A stretch of DNA of 32,000 nt from Gemmata obscuriglobus (GTDB lineage Bacteria > Planctomycetota > Planctomycetia > Gemmatales > Gemmataceae): positions 1,200,001 to 1,232,000 of the forward strand of contig NZ_CP042911.1 of the NCBI RefSeq assembly GCF_008065095.1. Reading direction: 5' to 3'. Made by a program: the position numbers and the translations under genes. Position 1 is the stretch's first letter; every line of letters begins with the position of its first letter. The notes below the pieces were generated by a model that was not told the origin of the DNA, ran no database searches, and saw only the letters and a program-made list of their open reading frames with translations. Below are positions 24,325 through 32,000 of the stretch, one piece after another.

Positions 24325-24596
24325 GCCGAGAAGGCCGTGAAAGCCGTGTTCACCGCAGAGGAGGTTCCCTCCGCGAAGCGGGAGGGGTTCACGAGAGGGC
24401 GCAGAGAGAAAGGCAGAGAAAACAGCAGGCAGTGAGAGAATGCACGAGAAGAGCATTCACCGCCGCCGGGAGACCGCGGAGCTGTTCTCGCTCACAACTT
24501 TTCTTTGCCTTTCTCTCTGCGCCCTCTCGTGAACCCCTCCCGCTTCGCGGAGGGAACCTCCTCTGCGGTGAACACGGCCTTCTGTCTTTCTCCGGT
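24325..24596. repeat. Family C element: 73-bp perfect inverted repeat with a 90-bp partly self-complementary spacer
   Basis: GCCGTGTTCACCGCAGAGGAGGTTCCCTCCGCGAAGCGGGAGGGGTTCACGAGAGGGCGCAGAGAGAAAGGCA (24343-24415) is the exact reverse complement of 24506-24578. The spacer contains GAATGC...GCATTC and CAGTGAG...CTCAC pairs. The element occupies essentially the whole devC1-devC2 spacer (24323-24606). Confidence 0.92.
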
Positions 24597-24606
24597 TCTC
24601 TGATTT

Positions 24607-25813
24607 ATGCGTCCTCCACCCGTACCGCTGGCCTGGAAGAACCTGACGCACGACCGGGTGCGGTTCGGGCTGTTCGCCTCGGGCATCGGGTTCGCCGTGG
24701 TGCTGATGGGCGTGCAGTACGGGATCATGAACGCCATGCTGGACAGCAACACCGTGCTGATCGAGCGGCTCAAGGGGGACATCGTCCTCATCAACCCGAA
24801 CAAGGCGTCGCTGCTGTACCGCGAGGGGGTGTCGCGGCGGCGCATCGCCGAGGCGGAAGGCGTCGCCGGGGTGGCGAGCGCGCACCCGGTGTTCGTGGAG
24901 TATTCGACGGCCGCGCTCCGTCACACCGCCGACGATCCGGCCGCCCGCACCAGCACCCGACGGGTGCGGGTCATCGGCGTCGACCCGAACGCCGACCTGT
25001 TAAACCTCCCCGGGGTGTCGGCGGACGACTGGCGCGAACTCAACACGCCCGGGACCGCCCTTTATGACCGCGCGAGCCGGGCGCACCCGGACCGGACGCG
25101 GCACCCGGGCGAGTCGGTGTTCGGAAAGCTGGCCCCCGGAACGCTGACCGAACTGGCGGGCCGCGACGTTCGGCTGGTGGCCGGGTTCGAAATGGGGTTC
25201 GATTTCGGCACCGACGGCAGCGTGGTCGTCGGCGACCGCACCTTCTCGCAGTGGGTGCGCGAGCCGTACTACCCGATGAGCCCGCTGGCGGAGGCCGACA
25301 TCGGGGTGGTGAAGTTGCGGCCCGGGGCCGACCCCCGCGCGGTCAAGGCCGCGCTCCAGGCGAAGTTCGCTCCGGGCGGTGACGTGCTGGTCCTCACGCG
25401 CGCCGAGATGGTGTCGCGCGAGAAGGGGTTCTGGTGGAGCAACACGCCGATCGGGTTCGCGTTCGGCGCCGGCGTGCTGCTGGGGTTCGTGGTCGGGATG
25501 GTGATCTGCTACCAGATCCTCGCGAGCGACGTGGCCGACCACCTGCCCGAGTACGCGACGCTCAAGGCCATCGGTTACACGAACCGCTACCTGAGCTGGG
25601 TCGTGCTGCAGGAGGCGCTCGTCCTCGCGGTGGCCGGGTTCGCCCCCGGGATCGTGGTCACCTTCGGTACTTATCTTCTGCTCACCGACCTGACCGGTTT
25701 GCCGATGATACTGAGGCCGGCGCGGTTCGCTCTGGTGCTGGCGCTGACCGTCGTGATGTGCGCCGCGTCCGGGCTGCTCGCGGTGAGCAAGGTCAAGAAG
25801 GTGGACCCCGCCG

Positions 25814-25824
<11 letters not shown>
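24607..25824 (+). CDS. ABC exporter permease, FtsX/MacB-type, DevC-like (paralog 2)
   Basis: The N-terminus is MRPPPVPLAWKNLTHDRVRFGLFASGIGFAVVLM. The C-terminal module has LPEYATLKAIGYTNRYL and ends LLAVSKVKKVDPADVF. Also 405 aa and collinear with paralog 1. Confidence 0.87.
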
Positions 25825-27226
<1,402 letters not shown>

Positions 27227-27320
27227 TGAAGAGGTTGTTGCGAATCGAAAGGAGAGGAGAAGCGTTCGAGACGAGCCCGGCGTGACGGCACTGCGATCCG
27301 CTGGAAAACGAGCCGGGCGT

Positions 27321-27554
27321 TCAGGATACGGACGGATTCGGTTGAGTTGCCAGTAACTCGCCGATGACGCGCCGGAGCATTTGCCCGGTGGTCATGCCGC
27401 GCTTACTCGCGGCCGCTTCCAGTTCCATTGCCTGCCACAGCGGCAACAGCAGGGCCAGTTCGACGACCTCTTGGTCGGTACGGGCGGGCGCTGAAACGGC
27501 GTCGAACAGCGGTTGCACGGCGTCACCTGTCCTGGAAGGCGTGTACGGCAGCAT
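27321..27554 (-). CDS. Small hypothetical protein, possibly ribbon-helix-helix-like
   Basis: 77-aa ORF. The segment VELALLLPLWQAMELEAAASKRGMTTGQMLRRVIGELL has a strand-helix-helix feel. There is no strong motif, so coding status is uncertain. Confidence 0.35.
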   Translation of the reverse strand: MLPYTPSRTGDAVQPLFDAVSAPARTDQEVVELALLLPLWQAMELEAAASKRGMTTGQMLRRVIGELLATQPNPSVS

Positions 27555-28044
27555 TTGCCACCAGAATCACGGGTTACTCGCGCCCTCGCATCGCCCGCTA
27601 CGGGCTCACAACCGTTCGGTTCGCTTACTACACCGACGAAAAACGTTCAGCCTCATGCTGACGCGATCGTGAGTAGCTTGGTGGACCGGGTGGTTCAGTC
27701 GAGAGGTCGCGTTTTACATTAGTGCAAGCCGGGTGCCGCGAAGGGAAATCGCCCCGTGATTTTCATTCGACCGCGGAAAACGCAGCTTTTTTGTATTGCG
27801 GCCTTGTCACAACTGCGGTCTCTTCTTTTCGCTCACCGCTCACTCCGCGCGCACTTTATGTCAGAACGCGAGCAGCTATTTCCGCGAACATCAAATCCCT
27901 TCCGAAAACCCTGACGAACGGGAGCCGTCGCCGCTTCTGGTAAATATGGCAATTGTGTCGGCGGTGTGCATTTTTTGCAACGCACCCACTCCGTGCTACA
28001 TTCAAATTGACTGCGTAGTGCGGATCGGACGGGAGCGGCCACAC

Positions 28045-28578
28045 ATGCTCTTTGCTAACATAATGGAAACGGTCAAGATTTGGACCGCCGGCCACCTGCC
28101 GATCACGGTCGGCGGGTGCGTCGCCGCTCTTGTGCTGCTGTTCTTGGTGCTCAACACATCCCGGCGGCGACAGGGGTTGGACCCGTCGAAGCTGCAAGCC
28201 ACCGGTGCGCTCAATGCGGTCACCGGTGAGAAGTCGCTGAACTGGGACCCGCCGGAGCAGTCCTACGCGGACCGGCGCGCCGCGACGCGGCGCGAGGGGC
28301 AACCGGTCCGGGTGCTGCTCGCGGCGGCGACGTTCCGCAACGGGGCCGGCGACGGGTACGTCATCGACCGCTCGACCGGGGGGCTGAAGCTCGCCACGCA
28401 GTCGGCGCTGCCCCCGGGCAGTCTCGTCCAGGTGCGGGCCGTGGACGCCCCGGACACCATCGGGTTCGTGACGCTCGTCGTGCGGAGCTGCCGCAAGAAC
28501 GGGGCGCAGGACTACTTCGAACTCGGGTGCGAGTTCGAGCAGACCCCGCCGTGGAACGTGCTCCTGCTGTTCGGGTGA
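28045..28578 (+). CDS. Membrane-anchored PilZ-domain protein (putative c-di-GMP receptor)
   Basis: ATG 28045 (alternative 28063). TM helix is LPITVGGCVAALVLLFLVL. PilZ motifs are RRAATRR (RxxxR) and, about 27 aa later, DRSTGG (DxSxxG). The upstream part of track ORF 27796..28578 looks non-coding and is lower in GC. Confidence 0.75.
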   Translation: MLFANIMETVKIWTAGHLPITVGGCVAALVLLFLVLNTSRRRQGLDPSKLQATGALNAVTGEKSLNWDPPEQSYADRRAATRREGQPVRVLLAAATFRNGAGDGYVIDRSTGGLKLATQSALPPGSLVQVRAVDAPDTIGFVTLVVRSCRKNGAQDYFELGCEFEQTPPWNVLLLFG

Positions 28579-28591
28579 GCGACACAGAATC

Positions 28592-28797
28592 AAGGCAGTT
28601 CGGCCACAAAAGAAAACCGAGGAAGCAAAGGCAGTTCGGCCACAAAAAAGCACAAAGGGCACAAAAGAAAACCGAAGACGAAGACAAAAGACGTGTTTTG
28701 AACTCACTCTTCTGTCTTCGTCTTCGGTTTTCTTTTGTGCCCTTTGTGCTTTTTTGCGGCCACTCCTCATTCTGCCTTTTTCCTCGTGGCCACCCTG
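28592..28797. repeat. Family A palindromic element, second locus (A')
   Basis: GGCCACAAAAAAGCACAAAGGGCACAAAAGAAAACCGAAGACGAAGACA (28638-28686) faces 28713-28761 with 48 of 49 positions complementary and a 26-nt loop. Partial extra units lie on both sides. The core differs from the 5231-5395 units at about 2 of 43 positions. It again lies between convergent genes. Confidence 0.9.
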
Positions 28798-28800
28798 ACT

Positions 28801-30693
28801 TTAATCGCTCTTCTTTTCGAGCTGTATCGCGCGGGAGCCGATTCGGGCCAGGAACCGCGCCTTCTGCGCCGCGGTCAGTTCTTTCGTGTACCGGGCGCGG
28901 ACCGCCTCCACCCACCGGACCTCGCGCTTGCCGTAGTCCGTCACCACCCGCACCAGCACCGGGCCGTCGTGGCACACCGCCCCGCGGAGCTTCGCCTCCA
29001 GCTCGGCGTGCGAGGCGATTTCGACGTACCCCACCCCGAACGCCTGGGCGAGCGCCCGGTAATCGAGCCGCGTGAGGATCGTGGCCGTGGTCCGCAAGTA
29101 CGCCGGCTTCTGGAGCATCTGCATGTAGTGGTACGACTGGTCGTCGAGGATCACGAACTTCACCGGCAGGTGCTCGCGCGCGGCAGTCGTGATCTCGAGC
29201 GCGCTCATCAGCAGGCACCCGTCGCCGGTGATCGTCGCGACGGCCTTCCCGTGGTGGACCCGCTGGGCGCCGAGCGCGGCCGGGACGCTCCAGCCCATCG
29301 CCTGGTTGTCCACCGGGTTGAAGTACGTCCGCGGGTGGCACACCCGGAAGTGCTCGGCCGCGAGGTGCTCGGTCACGCTCACGTCGGTGAAGAGGAGCGC
29401 GTCTTCGGGCAGCACCTTGCGGAGCGCCGCGACCGTCGCCAGGGGGTCCACCCCGCACTTCGCCGCCGGGATGCTGCACAGCGACCGGGCGGCGGCGGCC
29501 TTCAGTTCGCGGATGCGGTTGAGCAGCCACCGGTCTTCCGGGCGGCGGAGCTGGTCGCCGCAGGCGAGGAGCCGACCGAGGAACGCGCCCGCGTCCGCGT
29601 GGACACACACGTCGGTTTTGAGCACGCGCCCGAGGTTGCAGTGGTTCGCGTCGACGTGGACGACGTGCTTCGGCTGCGGGTTGCCGTAGTAGCCCGTGGA
29701 CACCTCGCTGAACTTCACGCCGATCGCCAGGACCGTGTCGACGCCGGACTTGAGCGGGTGCATCTTGTCGCCCGCGAACACCTTTTCCGCGACCTCCGAG
29801 GCGTGCGGGCCGAAGCCCCAGCCGACCGCGAGCGGGTGCCCGTCGCCGACCGCCCCGCGGCCCGAAACGCTGGTGGCGATCGGGGCCTGGAGCAGCTCCG
29901 CAACCGCGGCGAGTTCGGCCCCGTAGCTCATGCACCCGACGCCGGCGTAGATGCCGACCCGGTGCCTCTTGTCGGCGAGGAGCGGCAGCGCGCGGGCGAA
30001 CGCCGCCTCGTCGAACGGCGGGGCCGGCACCGCGGGCGGCGGGGTGCGGTAGTCGTGCGCCTCGATGAACAGGTTGTACGGCACCACGACGGCGACCGGG
30101 CCGGGTTCGCCCTGCGTGGCGGTCACGAACGCCTGGCGCACCGCGGCGGCGATCTGCGCGGCCGTTTGCACCTGGTACACGCACTTGCACACCGGCTTCA
30201 GCAGCTCGACCTGATTCAGCGAGTGGACCTGAAACGGCTTGGCCTTTTCGCCGTTCGCGACGTCCCCCACGATCGCCACGAGCGGCGACGAGTCGAGCAG
30301 CGCCTCGCCCAGCCCCGTGAGCGAGTTCGTGACGCCGGGTCCGGGCACCACGCACAGCACCCCGGGGCGCCCGGTGCTGCGGGCGTAGCCGTCGGCCATG
30401 CACGCCGCGGAGAACTCGTGCGTGACGAGGAGGTAGGGTATGCCCTTCTCCTTGAAGGTGTCCCACAGCTCGTTCTCTTGCGCGCCGGGGATGCCGTACA
30501 CGCAGCCCACGCCCTCGGCGCGCAGTGCTTCGCAGAGCGCCTCGGCGCCGGTCATGCGGCCGAACACCCAGCCCGGGTGCCGGGCGGCGCGGGCGTCCGC
30601 GACCGGTCCCGCCTGGGTCGCGCTCGTGGCGAGGGCGCCGCCGACCGCGGCGGCCCCGTGAAGCAGTCCGCGGCGGGAGAACGCGAAATCCAT
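28801..30693 (-). CDS. Thiamine-pyrophosphate-dependent enzyme (acetolactate-synthase-like family) with a Tat-type N-terminal signal
   Basis: ATG 30693 is preceded by GAGG. The N-terminus is MDFAFSRRGLLHGAAAVGGALATSATQA. The PYR domain has GAEALCEALRAEGVGCVYGIPGAQ...VTHEFSAACMADGYAR...GPGVTN. The PP domain has TGDGCLLMSALEITTAAREHLPVKFVILDD. An alternative start is ATG 30555 (MTGAEAL...). The 868-aa track ORF overextends upstream. Confidence 0.85.
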   Translation of the reverse strand: MDFAFSRRGLLHGAAAVGGALATSATQAGPVADARAARHPGWVFGRMTGAEALCEALRAEGVGCVYGIPGAQENELWDTFKEKGIPYLLVTHEFSAACMADGYARSTGRPGVLCVVPGPGVTNSLTGLGEALLDSSPLVAIVGDVANGEKAKPFQVHSLNQVELLKPVCKCVYQVQTAAQIAAAVRQAFVTATQGEPGPVAVVVPYNLFIEAHDYRTPPPAVPAPPFDEAAFARALPLLADKRHRVGIYAGVGCMSYGAELAAVAELLQAPIATSVSGRGAVGDGHPLAVGWGFGPHASEVAEKVFAGDKMHPLKSGVDTVLAIGVKFSEVSTGYYGNPQPKHVVHVDANHCNLGRVLKTDVCVHADAGAFLGRLLACGDQLRRPEDRWLLNRIRELKAAAARSLCSIPAAKCGVDPLATVAALRKVLPEDALLFTDVSVTEHLAAEHFRVCHPRTYFNPVDNQAMGWSVPAALGAQRVHHGKAVATITGDGCLLMSALEITTAAREHLPVKFVILDDQSYHYMQMLQKPAYLRTTATILTRLDYRALAQAFGVGYVEIASHAELEAKLRGAVCHDGPVLVRVVTDYGKREVRWVEAVRARYTKELTAAQKARFLARIGSRAIQLEKKSD

Positions 30694-31135
30694 TTCGCAC
30701 CTCGAATGACAGTACGGCCCAGGTGTATCGGCAAATGGGGAATGGCGGGTTCGCGCGGAATGCGCAAGTTTGGCGTTTTTGGGGCGACAGAGTTGCGCGC
30801 CCCGCCGCCCGTACCGCGCGAGTGGCATCCCTCTCAACACATCACGTCTGTTCAGTGCCGAGCAGCCGCGATGTCGCGACGTGTTTGGCCCCGGGGAATC
30901 GGGTGCGGGGCGGCTTCGGTTTTTTCGGCCCGCGGGTGGCCTTCCGATACCGCCCCAGGTTCGCACCCCGGGCCGGCTCCTTGTGCCATTCGGCCATCGG
31001 CCCGACCGACCACGCTCCCAGACCCGCCCATGTTTCGACCGGAACGGCGATCCACGGTCCCGGGCACGCACCCGACACTTCCAACGCCAGGTGGTAGGCG
31101 GATTACGAACGAACCGCTCCGTATCACGCAAGACC

Positions 31136-31279
31136 GAGAACCCGGTGAGCCTGTTCGACCTGGACGCAGCCGCCCAGCACCGGCTCGGGCTGGACCACGA
31201 GAAGTTGACCTTCAAGTTCCAACTCGACACGCGACTCACGGCCGTGGAGCCCGCGCACCCGGTAACGGCGATCCTGGCG
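31136..31279 (+). pseudogene. Relic of the C-terminus of a DUF1501 (sulfatase-fold) protein
   Basis: The translation [48 protein letters not shown] resembles the conserved DUF1501 tail (..[37 protein letters not shown], recalled from memory). There is no matching upstream body, no start and no proper stop. Confidence 0.4.
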
Positions 31280-31312
31280 TGGCCGTGCTTCAGGGTGGGC
31301 GAGCGCATGCGG

Positions 31313-32000
31313 TCAGGCTTCCGGGTCCGGGTTCCACCAGCACGGCCCTTTGTCGCGCCGCGCGTCGATTGCGCGGCGCCGGATGTCCTCCATTTCCTTC
31401 GCCTCAAGCGGCCGGAACGACCGCGCCGCGGCGAACGCCGCGTCCTGCTCGTTCGGGTAGCTCAGCCCCAACAAAGCGACGTCGGGGTTCAGTGTGAGCG
31501 TGTAGTGCAGGCACTCGGCGACGGCGAGCCGGGGCAACGTTGCGCTCGCGTCGTCCGTGCCGCCGCTCGACACCTTGCCGCGCGGCCGGGATTTGAGCGG
31601 CTGGTTGTAGCCGCTCGTGTCACCGACCAGTTTGCCCGCGCCGAAGGTCTTGAAACACACCGTTCCCACCCCGAGCGACTGCGCGAGCGGGAGCACGTCC
31701 GTAACGTACCGCGAATCCACGAACGGCCCGAGCGGGAACATCACCACATCGCACACACCGGCGTGGAGGGCCGCGAGCAGCACGTCCGGGTTGTGCGACG
31801 AGATGCCGCGGAACCGACACTTACCCCTTCTGACAGCGTCGGCGAGTTGGTCGAACCCGCCGCCGGGAGCGCACTGGCGGTCGAACGCGTCCCGCTCCGA
31901 GAGGTTGTGGAACACGAACGCGTCGGTGTGATCCAACCCGAGGCGCGCGAGCGAGCCGTCGATTTGCGGCCCGACGGGCTGTTCGGGGTGGTCGATTTTG
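31313..32000 (-). CDS. Aldo/keto reductase family oxidoreductase. The 5' end runs off the right edge of the window.
   Basis: The frame is open from 31999 to the stop at 31313. Upstream of the track's TTG at 31936 it continues [33 protein letters not shown] (the typical AKR SL.RLG.D..D....H block), then [13 protein letters not shown]...FPLGPF...[15 protein letters not shown]. Confidence 0.8.
   Translation of the reverse strand, partial: KIDHPEQPVGPQIDGSLARLGLDHTDAFVFHNLSERDAFDRQCAPGGGFDQLADAVRRGKCRFRGISSHNPDVLLAALHAGVCDVVMFPLGPFVDSRYVTDVLPLAQSLGVGTVCFKTFGAGKLVGDTSGYNQPLKSRPRGKVSSGGTDDASATLPRLAVAECLHYTLTLNPDVALLGLSYPNEQDAAFAAARSFRPLEAKEMEDIRRRAIDARRDKGPCWWNPDPEA

Noticed and set aside
27555-28044. 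Lower-GC 490-bp region as a possible horizontally acquired island or hidden RNA gene (tRNA, riboswitch)
   Set aside because: There is no integrase, no flanking direct repeats, and no tRNA-like T-loop or anticodon structure or known riboswitch core that I could recognise. It is better explained as a long divergent promoter/leader region and is kept only as a context note in the PilZ finding.
28361-31497. 779-aa (-) and 920-aa (+) ORFs, and the N-terminal 238 codons of the 868-aa ORF 28801..31407
   Set aside because: These are shadow frames of the TPP enzyme gene. The region upstream of ATG 30693 lacks coding character apart from the short DUF1501-like relic in another frame.

Overview
GC-rich bacterial chromosomal window. 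The gene content (DUF1559 prepilin-type protein, DUF1080 protein, DUF1501 relic, an 'HVRGCW'-tail paralog family, PDZ-bearing Lgt) suggests Planctomycetota, probably a Gemmata-like organism; this is inference only. I can support 26 protein-coding genes (two run off the window edges), one gene relic, nine structured palindromic repeat elements in five sequence families, and three simple GC hairpins. I found no rRNA, tRNA, CRISPR array, transposase or integrase. Gene order: secreted beta-propeller protein (-), MoxR ATPase, Lgt, SUI1/YciH (+), stand-alone M41-like protease (-), DUF1080, DUF1559 (+), PNPOx-like (-), gatC-gatA and a paralog-family protein (+). Then a minus-strand glycan operon (Wzy/O-antigen-ligase-like, GT4, LbH acetyltransferase, GT4) divergent from a large PcRGLX-like tail-anchored protein. 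Then an OFA-type MFS transporter, a DUF3307-DevB-DevC-DevC-DevA exporter operon, a small RHH-like ORF (-), a TM-PilZ protein (+), a Tat-signal TPP enzyme (-) and an aldo/keto reductase (-). The best candidate for something new is the DevBCA-type exporter locus. Its permease is duplicated, its ATPase carries a C-terminal cyclic-nucleotide-binding domain, a DUF3307 membrane protein is tightly linked upstream, and a PilZ protein sits next door. The second candidate is the dense set of long, A/T-enriched hairpin elements (REPIN/MITE-like). They fill gene-downstream and intra-operon spacers but are absent from all five divergent promoter spacers. Many long ORFs in the supplied track are Arg/Pro/Gly-rich antisense or off-frame shadows typical of high-GC DNA, and I rejected them.
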